DNA of 63,980 nt, counting the filler, from Aduncisulcus paluster (Eukaryota): assembly GCA_024181965.1 (NCBI GenBank). It is 7 parts of 7 records of this genome, joined end to end, with 100 filler letters (N's around TTAATTAATTAA, not from the genome) between each part and the next. Parts side by side here need not be neighbours in the genome. Positions count along the whole stretch, not along the records: positions 1 to 13,155 come from BQXS01011095.1; positions 13,256 to 17,560 come from BQXS01011096.1; positions 17,661 to 22,119 come from BQXS01011097.1; 4 more parts are not named here. One strand, written 5' to 3'. How positions within the stretch are numbered: the first letter of the stretch is position 1; the number at the start of each line of letters is the position of its first letter. Position numbers and translations under genes: made by a program. Positions 10,843 to 22,219 of the stretch are shown here, in pieces. Under the pieces are notes generated by a model. That model had not been told where the DNA came from. It did no database searches and was given only the letters and a program-made list of their open reading frames with translations.

Positions 10843-13155
10843 ATGTCTGTTGTAGGAATTGATTTTGGATCACTTAATATTGTTGTGGGAGTTCCCCGTT
10901 CAAGAGGGATTGATATCGTACGCGATGAAATATCTTCCGCTCTAATCAAGTATGTGAATGTCTTATTCACTTAATTTTACCTTTTAATTCTTCAAATATA
11001 TATTTATATTTATTATTTAATTATCATTTTAGGAATTATGTCTCATTTGATACTCAGCAACAGGATCGTAAAATTGGCAATCCTGGTTATCAACAACATA
11101 TTAGGAATGTTAGAAATTGTGTCTTTGGATTAAAAAATATTTTGGCCCGTCAATATGACGATGAAGAAGTTCAACAAGAACTCAAGCATCTTCCATACAG
11201 AACTGAACCTCTTCCAAATGGTCAAGTTGGTATTCGTGTTGAATGTCCCGTTTCTTCAGGAAAGGAAGAGGAAGATGATGGAACCTGTCTTTTCTCATGT
11301 GAACAAGTAATTGGAATGATTTTCGGTCAGCTCAAACGTACTATTGCTCTTGAAATAGAAGATGTTAATTCATGTGTCATTTCTGTACCTGCCTGGTACA
11401 CTCAAGAACAACGTAAAGCTATTGTAGATGGTGCTGTTATTGGCGGGTGGACCGTTCTCCAACTCTTAAATGAACACACTGCCTCTCTGAACACTTACGC
11501 AATGAAAGTATTCAAAATCTTGAAAGATGATAACAAACGTACTATTGTTCTCTTTGACTCTGGTTATTCTCAAACATCTGTTTCTGTTGCCCGTATTAAG
11601 CATGCTTCTGTTGAAGTTTTATCCACCTTCACCGATAGATCTCTCGGAGGAAGAGAGCTTAACAATGTTCTATTTGACCATTTAAACGAGAGATTCCAAA
11701 AGAAATATAAAATGGATATTAGGGAGAACAAGCGTGGTACCCAAAAGGTTTATGATGCCATTGAGTCCTTGAAGAAACTTCTTTCTCAGAATTCTGAAGG
11801 TCGTTTCACAGCCGAATGCATTGGTGATGTTGACGTCTTTAGTGGAATTGTAACTTTGGCTGAGTTTGAAGAAATGCTCACCAAGACAGGATATTATCAC
11901 AGACTTAATGAACTCATCGAGAAGGCCCTTGTTCAGGCCGGTCTTTCCGATGCCAAGAGTATCAAGAAGAATATTGAAGCCGTTGAAATTGTTGGAGGTA
12001 ACAGCCGTGTCCCAAGTGTGATCACACACCTTCTTTCCCACTTCCCTCACATTTCCAAGGTCTCCCGTTCCCTCAATGGTGATGAAGCCGTCTGTAAGGG
12101 TTGTGCCTGGCGTGGAGCTGTTCTCAGTACCAAATACCATGCCCCTCCCGTCATGATCAAGGATTGCTGGCTCCATTCCCTCATTGTCCGCAGTGATGAT
12201 GTTGTCCTGAGTAGCGGTAATGTATTGGAGCGTGAGCTTGTGAGTGTTGGAAAGTCTTTCCCTCTTCACAAACCCAAGACTCTCGTCTTCCCTGTCCCTC
12301 TCGTTCGTGAAGAGGAGGAAGAAGCTGCCGACACCCGTAAGTGTTCCCATGAGCCCCAACACCCCACTATCAATGGTTCTTCCCTTAAACTCCCCTTTGA
12401 TCTGGTTCTCTCATACGGTTCCACCTCCTCCTCATGTTCCTCTATTCCCTCTGGTTGTTCTCAGAGAATAGCCACTGTTCGTGTCGAGGATGGACCCATT
12501 GGAGCTCTTCCCTTGGGCGAGGATGCTCCCCCGATGAAAGAAGGAGATGCTCCATGGAGTGTTGATGATGTGACTCAACGTAAGATCAAACTGAAGGTCA
12601 AGATCGATGACAGTGGATTCGTCCGTGTGCTTGGTGTCAAGGGATCCAAGTGGAGCTATGAGTGTGTGACCGAGTATGAGGAGAAAGAAGTTGAAGAGGA
12701 AGTGGAGGTCGAGGAGGAGGTGCCATTGTCCCCAGAGGAACTTAAGGAGGAAGAGGCCAAGGAAGCCGAGAACGCCCCTGTCGTCGAGTCTCCTCCTCCT
12801 GAACCCAAAGAAGAAGAGGTGAAGGATGAAGAGAAAGAGGAAGATAAGGAAGAAAAGAAGGAAGAGGAAGCCCCCAAGGAGGAAGCCAAGAAAGAAGAAG
12901 CCAAGAAGGTTGTTAAGACCAAGAAAGTCAAAGTGAAGAAGCTTCAGAAGAAGAAGATCCAAATCCCCCACGAATTCACCAAACCCGTTGAGTTCAGCAC
13001 CAGTATTCCCCACTATGTTTACTACTGTGGAAATTCAGATGATGCCCTACGTGAGTACTATAAAATTGAAGAGAAATTGCTCAAGAAAGACCATGAAGTT
13101 AAAGAGAAGGAGACTATTTACAACGATCTTGAAGCCTTTATTTACCGCATGAGAG
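10843..13155 (+). CDS. Hsp110/Sse1-type Hsp70-family chaperone, 3'-partial; 83-nt intron at 10950-11032
   Basis: Spliced N-terminus MSVVGIDFGS. Further motifs VISVPAWYT, LLNE, DSGYS, LGGRE, VEIVGGNSRVP, LNGDEAVCKG, an acidic insertion, and NDLEAFIY at the contig end. Confidence 0.9.
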
Positions 13156-13255
13156 NNNNNNNNNNNNNNNNNNNNNNNNNNNNNNNNNNNNNNNNNNNNT
13201 TAATTAATTAANNNNNNNNNNNNNNNNNNNNNNNNNNNNNNNNNNNNNNNNNNNN
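13156..13255. other. Artificial contig-joining spacer (also at 17561-17660, 22120-22219, 28169-28268, 56607-56706, 61051-61150)
   Basis: Identical N44-TTAATTAATTAA-N44 blocks with stops in all six frames. Genes are truncated at these spacers. Confidence 0.98.
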
Positions 13256-16200
13256 GGAGGAAAGAAAGGAACAACATCTTCAGCTACAAAGGGAAACAAT
13301 GGGAAAGGAAAGGGCGGTGTAGTTAATAATAGCGATGATACTGACACTGATGCTGACACTGGTTCTGCTACGGCTGGTTCTTCTTCTTCAAACAACAAGG
13401 ATGACATTCCGATTGATTTACTGCTTGGCCATTCGCTGTACCCCTATGTCAGTACAAACACAGTGACAATGACTCAGAAGGATCCATTCTTGCATAATCC
13501 CATGGATATCTCGATAACCACCGACTCATATTGTCTCCCCAATGCTCTACCGTTGGTTGATTACAAGTTAATCGATACTTTATTGGTGCCCATGGTTGAG
13601 AAGAAACGGATGGATCCAACGAGTCTCAAAGCAATGCAAGAGAAGCAAATGGAAGACCATGAGCAATATGATAAAGAACAAGAAGACCTCAAACGTCCAT
13701 GGAGAAAAGGCAGTGCCAGTAGTAGTGCCAGTAGTAGTACTAGTAGTATGACAATGATGAAGAGAAAGAAAGAAAGACTTACATCCACATCTGGGATTGG
13801 AACGAGGTCTAACTCTAAAAATAGATCTGATTCTAAAAATAGGTCTGGTTCTAAAAATAGGTCTGATGATATGACGAGTGATGATATGACGAGAGACAAA
13901 AGTTCCTCAATTATCCCCACTGACATTACCCCCATCGGTGACAAGATGCAAGATAGTGTTGAACAACTCTCCGAATCACCCACTTCAACCAAAGATATCT
14001 TCACTGTCGATTTTGGTTCCATTCCTCTTCATATACCTGTGTCCATCCCATTACTGTTCGTGTCACACTCTGCTCTTCCCCTCACATTCTCTCTGCCCCT
14101 TGAGCTTCCCCCAGAGATATCCTTTGAGCACTGTGGGTTTGGAGCTCTTGGGATTCCTGATCGACACCACCAAGAGGAAATGGCACGGATATCACGAGCT
14201 TTGCAGTGTATCTCGATTGAGGACACTCGCATCTCACGAGAGATTGACTGTGTGATGTCCAGAATGACTGCTTGGAGAACTGATGAAACGACTCGTGATG
14301 TTCTTGAAGCGAGTAGTGTTTCGTCCAAATACACAATGCAGGAAATCGAAGAGTTTTTGCACCACGAGGCTGAAGATCAGGCTTACATTGATGGTCTTGT
14401 CGAGAGGAGAAAGGGATTACAGAACATCTCAAGGCGTCTTAGCAATTGTCTTAGTCTTGGTCTTGGTCGTAGCAGTGGCAGTGGCAGTGGTGGTAACAAT
14501 AGCATTTCATCGTTTGGCGCCGTGATCCTTGGGTCAGCCCTGACTGGTGATGCCACCCAAGAGGTGAACCTCAGTGTGTGTTGTAACAGTGAGGGTGAAA
14601 GGAGTGAAGATGTGGAGCTTGTGGGTGCACAGTGGGGTTGGAAACGTATTGTTCGAGTCAAGTGGACAGGTGTTCCTCCACTCATCGTGCCCTCACATAC
14701 GCTGATCAAGAGTGCTGTCAATGTGTGTGGAGAAAGAGCATCCGTGGAGGTAACCATTAAGAATGTCGACAAGGTTGCATCCAACAAACGAAAGGTCAGA
14801 CTTGATTGCAGACCTACGATGATGTTGAAGCAAGATCTGTTGTCTCGTCCGAAGTTGAATAAGTTGAAGAAGTTGAAGAACAAGAGTTATAAGGCAGAAA
14901 GAGAAAGAGATATTAGCAATAATAATGATAGTAATGATAATACAGATGTTGACGGTGATGACGGTGATGATGGTGATGATGATATTCATCACGAACAAGA
15001 ACAACTTATGGCATTGAATGGCATTCGTTTTGTCGTGTCTCCATCTTCGTTCATTCTGGGGAGTGGCGAGTCAAAGAAAGTCAAGATCAGTGCCGATATT
15101 CCGATCGGTGCCACGGATGATGCGCTTCTTGCTCGAACTGTTGTGCTGATCAGTGCGAGTGAGCCTCTTGGTGCTCTTGAATGCGATGATCTGTTGTTCC
15201 CACCGATTGAGGATCTTTCTATCCCTCGCTCTGCTGTCGAAGCCATCTTCCCTGTTGTCAAGATCCCTGTGTGTGTTGAAGTGCTGTCCGATGTAGTTCT
15301 GTCTGATGCAGTACATAAGGGAGAAGAAGAAGAAGAAGAAGAGAGGGAAGGAATGAAAGAGGGAAAAGGGAAACCTTCTTCAAAGACTCTATCTTCCACT
15401 TCCAAGAGTGCTGCTGCATCCAAGTCTCAAGGCAATCATCATCAAAAATCCAAGAAGGATGTCAGTGTTACAGGAAACGATAAAGAAGAGAGAGAAGAAA
15501 ATGAGAAAGATGGGAACTGTGGAAGTGATGGACACTCACAGGAATATATTGAGATGCTCCGTCATTCGATCCCCGTTCTCTTCCCAAGAACACTACCAGG
15601 TGAGAAGAAATCTAAAAATATCTCGATCAATTTAGAAACTGCTCTTCTTGAGAAACTAACCTCTAATGTTGCTCTATCACCTGACTATAAAAATGGAGTT
15701 CAGTATAGTCGTGCAGTACACGTGGGATCACTGCATACCGCTGAACCTGTCACCCCCACGGTACACCATGATGCTTTGAAAGGATTGGAAGGAGATCACC
15801 CACATGGGGATAGAGTGGAGTCTTATCCACAACAACATGTTCCAGGCCATCCGTCATATGCTGGCTTAGAAATGTCATCTACTACTACTGGTGGTGGTGG
15901 TGGTGGTGGTGGTGCTCTTGCTCCCTTGAATCATCTGCCCACTTCAGACACAGTGATGCATGGTAGATGTGGTGCCAGTGGTAGTGCTAGAGGTAGTGCT
16001 AGTGGTAGTGGTAGTGCTAGTGGTAGTGGTAGTGGTGGAGAGCTCAGTTTCTCTCCTCTTTTGTCACTTGACTCTCTTCTCCTTCCCCCACTTTCGCCCT
16101 TCTCCATGACTCGAGGAGTTATGCAACGGTTGTTGAGTCCACACAAGAAGCATATAATATCCTTGGCATACCAACCCATCCATGAAGGAGTGAGTGAAGA

Positions 16201-17125
16201 GTTCTGTGAGATTGATGGTAAGTTATGGTTACGAATGGATCCATCGTCTTCCTCTTCCTCTTGTTCTTCCTCTTCCTCTTGTTCTGTATCCAGTGATAGT
16301 GGTATGGTGAATGCTCTTCTACCAAAGGGAATACATTTGACTTCTGACAATCCCATCCTTCCCATCTCCTCTTCTTCATCTTCTTCTTCAACGTCCAATG
16401 ACACTCCCCATGCTCCCTCGATGATGAGTCTTCCTTTCCATATCTCATTGTGCTTGAAAGGGGAGTGTGTTGGAGGCAAGACAAAGATCTGGATGGACAC
16501 CAGTAAGGAACAAAGTAGTGCATCTGTCAGTGGTGGAAAAGATAAGAAAGGGGGGGGTTCAAATACAAAGGTCAAACAACCTTCCTCTTCCTCTTCCTCT
16601 TCCTCTCCCTCTTCCTCTGGTGACGGTACTGATGAACAGCTTTGTCTATTGGATGATTCCATTGTGTTCCCCGACTCACGAGGTCCTGGGAGATTCTCTG
16701 TAATGTATCTCCATCTCATGAACATGGAAGACCCATCAGAAAGAGCAGACACCCAACATGGAGCTGCACCATCGACTAAGGGTGTCAAGGCTTCCAGTCG
16801 AGGTGGGAATGATGATACTTGTACTGGCGATGCTGCGGATGATATGATGGACAGGGGAAAGTCGTCGTATTACTCAATCGCTGTTTCGCCCATCTCAGAG
16901 CATTTGTGTTCTCTGAAAGGATTCCACGTGTCGTCCGCGTGTGTCCCATCTTTTGGAGTCGACGTGCTTGTTGCAGAAGAAAAGGGTGTCATCAAGGCTG
17001 GTGAGGAAGTGATCGTTCCCATCGTGTTCCGTACTTCATCAAAGGGTACTTTCTCAGCTTTTCTAAAAATAGAATTGAATGGGAAAGTTGTCAAGGAGCC
17101 ATTGATGATTGGGAAATGTAAGTAG
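13256..17125 (+). CDS. Large 5'-partial protein (>1280 aa) with Ig/ASH-like beta segments (CFAP74/HYDIN-like?) separated by low-complexity inserts
   Basis: Frame is open from the contig edge. Recurring ASH-like motifs VDFGSIP, FVVSPSSFILGSGESKKVKI, FPRTLPGEKKSKNI and GVIKAGEEVIVPIVF. The family call is tentative. Confidence 0.5.
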   Translation, partial: GGKKGTTSSATKGNNGKGKGGVVNNSDDTDTDADTGSATAGSSSSNNKDDIPIDLLLGHSLYPYVSTNTVTMTQKDPFLHNPMDISITTDSYCLPNALPLVDYKLIDTLLVPMVEKKRMDPTSLKAMQEKQMEDHEQYDKEQEDLKRPWRKGSASSSASSSTSSMTMMKRKKERLTSTSGIGTRSNSKNRSDSKNRSGSKNRSDDMTSDDMTRDKSSSIIPTDITPIGDKMQDSVEQLSESPTSTKDIFTVDFGSIPLHIPVSIPLLFVSHSALPLTFSLPLELPPEISFEHCGFGALGIPDRHHQEEMARISRALQCISIEDTRISREIDCVMSRMTAWRTDETTRDVLEASSVSSKYTMQEIEEFLHHEAEDQAYIDGLVERRKGLQNISRRLSNCLSLGLGRSSGSGSGGNNSISSFGAVILGSALTGDATQEVNLSVCCNSEGERSEDVELVGAQWGWKRIVRVKWTGVPPLIVPSHTLIKSAVNVCGERASVEVTIKNVDKVASNKRKVRLDCRPTMMLKQDLLSRPKLNKLKKLKNKSYKAERERDISNNNDSNDNTDVDGDDGDDGDDDIHHEQEQLMALNGIRFVVSPSSFILGSGESKKVKISADIPIGATDDALLARTVVLISASEPLGALECDDLLFPPIEDLSIPRSAVEAIFPVVKIPVCVEVLSDVVLSDAVHKGEEEEEEEREGMKEGKGKPSSKTLSSTSKSAAASKSQGNHHQKSKKDVSVTGNDKEEREENEKDGNCGSDGHSQEYIEMLRHSIPVLFPRTLPGEKKSKNISINLETALLEKLTSNVALSPDYKNGVQYSRAVHVGSLHTAEPVTPTVHHDALKGLEGDHPHGDRVESYPQQHVPGHPSYAGLEMSSTTTGGGGGGGGALAPLNHLPTSDTVMHGRCGASGSARGSASGSGSASGSGSGGELSFSPLLSLDSLLLPPLSPFSMTRGVMQRLLSPHKKHIISLAYQPIHEGVSEEFCEIDGKLWLRMDPSSSSSSCSSSSSCSVSSDSGMVNALLPKGIHLTSDNPILPISSSSSSSSTSNDTPHAPSMMSLPFHISLCLKGECVGGKTKIWMDTSKEQSSASVSGGKDKKGGGSNTKVKQPSSSSSSSSPSSSGDGTDEQLCLLDDSIVFPDSRGPGRFSVMYLHLMNMEDPSERADTQHGAAPSTKGVKASSRGGNDDTCTGDAADDMMDRGKSSYYSIAVSPISEHLCSLKGFHVSSACVPSFGVDVLVAEEKGVIKAGEEVIVPIVFRTSSKGTFSAFLKIELNGKVVKEPLMIGKCK

Positions 17126-17382
17126 TAAGTAGGTAGTACATACCGAAGTAAAAAAGGGGGTTTTTACAAGAAGGTTATTTTCTTATTTTATTTTTTTTTT
17201 TGCAGCTGGTAGCAGAGTGGTAGATCTAGTCCTCTGAGTACTAACTCAGTTTCTGAATCAGTTCTGCAGAATCTGCAAGAAGGTTGAAGACGGAGAAATG
17301 AACTCTTCTCTCAATTGTTCCATTAACTTGATGGCATTAAGAATAAAGAATAAAATCTTACATCATAATCTTTCCACATCAC

Positions 17383-17560
17383 TCACTGACTCTGATCCCA
17401 ACCTTCCTCATGCTCAACACCAGCAACACCACATCTCATTCCTTCAATGGTTCCAACAGAGCCACCATACTTCTTGCGTTGCTCACGGATAATGGCTTCA
17501 ATGCTTGGACACTCATAGTCTTCGCCAATCGTGGGAAGGAAAGGTTTGATGCATTGGACC
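17383..17560 (-). CDS. C-terminal fragment of another member of the expanded kinase family
   Basis: Translates VQCIKPFLPTIGEDYECPSIEAIIREQRKKYGGSVG...GWDQSQ*, homologous to the tail of the 41770 kinase (VQSIKPLLPKIGEGWKCPSIE...KKYGGSVG...GWDDSRK). Confidence 0.85.
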
Positions 17561-17660
17561 NNNNNNNNNNNNNNNNNNNNNNNNNNNNNNNNNNNNNNNN
17601 NNNNTTAATTAATTAANNNNNNNNNNNNNNNNNNNNNNNNNNNNNNNNNNNNNNNNNNNN

Positions 17661-19330
17661 TCTCAATCTCGCCGATACATCCATTATTGATGTTAGTGCT
17701 CTTCTTGTTGCTGCCGACTCTACCAATGTTTCGTTGACGGAGCTGATAATGAATGGTGTGTCGTTGTATGATGATGTTGCAGAAACGACTTCATTGTTTG
17801 ACCCATCCATTCTTGTGAGTTTCTCTTCCATTTCCTCCTTAGGCCTTGCCTCCCTGGGTCTTGTAGATTCCGATCTCTTATCCATTGTGCATCTTCCTCT
17901 TGTTGAGTTGAATGTTGCACACAATTCCCTTGTTGACATCTCTCCTTTATATCATCTGAATGGTGACTTGGCCACACTCGACGTCAGCTACAATTCCATC
18001 TGTCTTGATGGAGTTGATTATGATGACGATTCTGCATTGTATGTTTTCTTCCCTGGAGCTAATGCGAGTGCTAATCCTCCTTCCATCACATCTTCCTCAC
18101 AGGACACTTCTTCCTGTGGTTTCTGTTCATCCTCTGAGACTGCTGGTGATGGTGCTGATAATGGTGCTGGTGATCCCGTTATTCATTGTTCAGATACTTC
18201 TTCTGCCACATCTCTTTCCTCCAACACGATCTGTCGTAAAGTGTAGGACTGGACAGAAACTGTTGAAGAAGACGATGGCAACGATGGAGTGACCACAACC
18301 ACAATTTACCACGAACAATGGAGCGTGGAGTGTAATCTGTATAGTTACAAAGTAGACAATGGAGATGGCTCAAGTTTATGTGTGTCATATCTTGATGAAT
18401 CGGATAACTACACTCCTCCTGACACATTCCCCACGTGTGTGAACTCATCCATGGACAATGTAAATGTTGAGTGTTGTAGCATTGATGGTGTTGAAAATTC
18501 ACTCAACCTTGGTGCTGATACAGATTTCTCAATGTTCACATATCTTTCAATTCTATCTGTCACAAACAACACATCTTTCAATATCTCATCAATCACGTAT
18601 TTGCCTGTTTCACTCACATATCTTAACATCAGTGGGTTCGTCATTCTCAGATTTAAGTGTTCTCTTAGTCGATGATTATGATGAGAATCTCACAACTTTG
18701 ATTGTGGATGACGTTTTTTTGACGAACAAACAAACTCTTGGATCGTTTTCCTCATTGAGTGCTCTAAGTGTGTCCAACACTGGGTTGACTGACGATGACT
18801 TGTACCACATTGTCTCAATTTCATCTCTACAGACATTAGATCTGTCGAACAATTCTCTGACAGACATCTCTCTGCTGTTCCAGTTGTCCGAGTTGACTTC
18901 CTTGGATGTGTCTCAGAACAGGCGCTGTGGAGTGACGGATGAGATATTTAAGCCACATTGGGAATGATCACTTATCATCCCTTGAAAATTTCTCTTATTG
19001 GGGAACAAATTCTCAGATAACTTATACTGTATATAATACATTTAATGAAGTAATTTCTAACGTCAAATTTAGAATCACTTGTTATGCAATATTGTGGAGT
19101 TCATAATATCCCTGATCTTTCGAAAAGTGCAAATTCTATTATGAAAATAGATCTAATACACAATTCAATTTCTGATATTTCATCTCTTCAGATCTTGATG
19201 GATATTTATTGTGCTGCATTATTAGAGAAATACAATCAATTCACCATCTGGAACATCGGTTACTGAAATATCCAACTTGGAACAAAACATTGGAACCGAA
19301 TATCTCAGGTCATCCACTGACATTGTTAAT
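17661..19330 (+). pseudogene. Disrupted Cys-rich leucine-rich-repeat (surface-type) protein gene
   Basis: LRRs LVELNVAHNSLVDISPL, LQTLDLSNNSLTDIS and IDLIHNSISDISSL. In-frame TAG at 18244-18246, a frameshift near 18635 and further breaks after 18960. Confidence 0.75.
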
Positions 19331-19499
19331 TTGCATTCTACTTTATACACATAGATTAATCCCAACTCACCAACTATTCTGGAGGAAACACTAATTGTGC
19401 GGTCGAACTCATGACAAAGTCCAGATACCATTCCACTGGCCGAAACTATGGAAGGGACGAGAACCTTCCTTTCATCATCAGCGATCACCCATACTTTTC

Positions 19500-21230
19500 C
19501 TTTCACAGTCTCGGTTTTTCCCAATGTCAGTGGGTTTGTGGATCCTATGAAAGGCAACGTTCGAGCAGCAAGCAGATGACGAGTAGGTTGCTTCCGAATG
19601 AACCTATAGGTTCGGAGAATTGTCGAATTCAATCGTTCACCAGCCTGGGAGTCATAATTACATAGAGGTCCATTGTACACCACCCATTGTTTTAGGTGAA
19701 CCATAAAGTGAGGTTTCACCATTTTCACCGGATCCCGAGCAAGCACTTTCTTGTGAAGACATAACGGAATTATGATCTGTCGTTGAAAATGAACATCTTG
19801 TTCAACGGCATCGCACTCCATCTCGTTCCATGCAGTTAGGCAGTGCTTCGTGTAACGTCTTGTCAATGCCAAGGCCGCGATGAAATCACACCACTGGAGA
19901 TTTTCTACATAGCCAACCCAGCTCTCAACTTCGCCTGGGGTCGTGTGGAGGTCTTTAGGAGCCTTTATGGTCGCAGGGGACAATGAGAAAAGAAACTTGT
20001 AACTGGCCTTCACATCGTCAACATTAAATGAGTTGAGGCAAGGGGCAGCAGCTATCGCGAATCCGCGGAAATCGTTTCCGTTTCTGAAGGAGTTGCTCAA
20101 CTTCACTCGAAGGCCCAGGTTTCCCAACCTTGTGTCCAGCTTGTTTTGACCACTCTTCGAAAGCATTTGAACTCTGAGACTCATCCAAAATTGGAGCTTC
20201 ACATCGAGTTACTCTTGTTGGGAGTCGTTCTCCTATTTGAGGTGATCGGGAGCTTTCTGGTTCTTTCTCCAGTTCATCTTCCTCCTCCAGTTCATCAACA
20301 ATTTGATGAGTTTGTTCTCTTCGCTTTCTTTTCTTCTCTTCCTCCTCGTCTTGAAGCATTTCACGGACTTTTTCTCTTGATACTTGTTCCATTAAATCTT
20401 CGAGTTCACTAATACATTTCACTCGGGCTTCTTTTTCTGCGCAATCGGTCATCTTTGAAACATTCTCTGATGCACGTGTAAATCTTGAAAAAATATTAGA
20501 AATGGCAATGAAAGGTAAAAAAAGAAAGGGTTTAGACAAAAACAAAATGATACCACTGGCACATGGGTGAACTTCAAACGGAGAAACTATCTTGTTAATT
20601 TGACTCAATTTCCTGATTTCCTTCTTGGCACTGAGGGTGAGGCTGATTTCAAGAAATTGGAGCATATATGATCCAATCCGAAGAACTTCAAGATGCATGT
20701 AGTCATGTGGCATGTGGTACTGCGGATGAAAAAACAGAGCAGAATCCATCAAGACACAATGATAATCCGAGGATGGCCGAGTCCACTCGCTTCACAGATT
20801 TGGCATCTTTTCAAATGAGGGTGAAGCCCCAAGATCTTCGTGCGTTCTGAAGTGTCGGCTGTGAGACATGATAGGTATCCGATAACTGTATCTCCATCGG
20901 GAGTCAAAATTCCTCGCTGAAGAGTAAGTATATCCTCCTTTATCGCATTTAGAATGCTGACACGACATTCCTTTGTGTCTGGTAGGGTTGAGTGTTCCCA
21001 TATCCATTGAAACTTGACTCGGGCTTTACGAGTTATACTGCTCTTTGTTGCAAGGACACTTGTCTTTGCATTTCGAACAATGGCAACTCCATCCATAAAT
21101 ACTTGGAAACCTAGACAGTATACTCTCAACACTTTGGGATCCTTATCTTTGATGCGATCTTTCCATCTTATGAGTTTTTTCTCGAGCGGTGATCCTACTC
21201 TTCCATAATGAGATGCAATTTCCTCCACCT
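19500..21230 (-). mobile_element. Fragmented CMC/EnSpm- or Plavaka-like DNA transposase
   Basis: Motifs in order across three frames: FMDG...LTADTSER..ILG...CQIC, HDYMHLEV, and KPHFMVHL..W...GPL..Y....GERLN. The same motif series occurs in the 59294-61050 transposase. Confidence 0.7.
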
Positions 21231-21234
21231 CCTG

Positions 21235-21618
21235 AATATCTCATCGACAAAGACAACGCACTTCCCACGAAGTACAGGTTCCAAACAACACTGCATTGCA
21301 TACTGGAAGTGGTTTGGGGCATTACGTAGCCCGAACGGCATACGCTTCCACTCGAATTGACCATTATAAGTCACGAACGAGGTATATTTCATCGACTCAG
21401 GGCTCATCTTGATCTGAAAGAACCCATTCCTTAGGTCCATGGATCCAAAGATCGTGGCTCCTGCCAATTGGTCCAGAGTCTCGTCCATCTTAGGCAACGG
21501 ATGTCTAATTGGAGTGGTTACCTCATTTAACTTCACGTAATCGATGCACATCCTCTTTGTGCCATCTCGTTTCGGCACCATAACCACAGGGAAAGCCCAG
21601 GGAGAAGTTGACGGTGTG
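21235..21618 (-). mobile_element. Ty3/Gypsy-type reverse transcriptase fragment (fingers/palm), truncated
   Basis: SPWAFPVVMVPKRDG..RMCIDY..LN, HPLP, DLRNGFFQI, TSFVT..GQFEW.RMPFGL.NAP..FQ. The catalytic YxDD appears as FVDE and homology ends there. Confidence 0.92.
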
Positions 21619-21969
21619 GTAATCGCAATTAAAATGATTTGGTGTGGTTCACAATTTTCTTCTTTTATACCATTCCTATGAAAGGTCTTGTCAACCAACC
21701 TGTGACAACTGTTGCCTGTCAAATTCACAATAGAGCGACGGTGTGGGACGTCATGATTTATTGACCAAAATACGGTGTGGTGACCATCTTGTTTTCGTGA
21801 ATCTCTAACATATTATTATTTATTATTTTGTTTTATTAATATTATTTCTATTTTATTATTATTTATATTCTTAATTTATTATATTTATTATGTTCCAACT
21901 TAGTCAATATTCTATTTTTAGATAATCTTGATTCTTCGTATAACTCAGTAAATTGTCTTCAAGCTTAGA

Positions 21970-22119
21970 TTAAATTCCTTTCGGAAGCCTACTTGATACC
22001 ACAATATAGTCTTTCAGGTATGTCACAGAGCCAATAAAACTCCGAAGGTCTTTCTTGGATTTCAAAGCTTTCATTCTTTTTAACACAGCAAGTTTCTTCG
22101 GGCATCGTCTTATTCTCAG
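21970..22119 (-). mobile_element. Second Ty3/Gypsy pol fragment (RT thumb region)
   Basis: Manual translation gives PKKLAVLKRMKALKSKKDLRSFIGSVTYLKDYI, resembling the Gypsy KxLRSFLGxxxY thumb motif. Confidence 0.65.
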
Positions 22120-22219
22120 NNNNNNNNNNNNNNNNNNNNNNNNNNNNNNNNNNNNNNNNNNNNTTAATTAATTAANNNNNNNNNNNNNNNNNNNNNNNNN
22201 NNNNNNNNNNNNNNNNNNN

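Noticed and set aside
13156-13255. Recurrent TTAATTAATTAA palindrome flanked by Ns as a biological repeat
   Set aside because: It is an identical 100-bp synthetic spacer at six places that truncates genes. Adjacency across spacers carries no synteny information.
18244-18246. In-frame TAG as evidence for a hexamitid-type TAR=Gln code or readthrough
   Set aside because: Conserved genes here end properly at TAA/TAG (RpiB, DPH6, NFU1, kinase), and the same gene has frameshifts, so it is a pseudogene.
20024-20752. 242-aa ORF as a single genuine gene
   Set aside because: It is a chance in-frame fusion of a transposase piece, a T-rich tract and an unrelated charged segment within TE debris.
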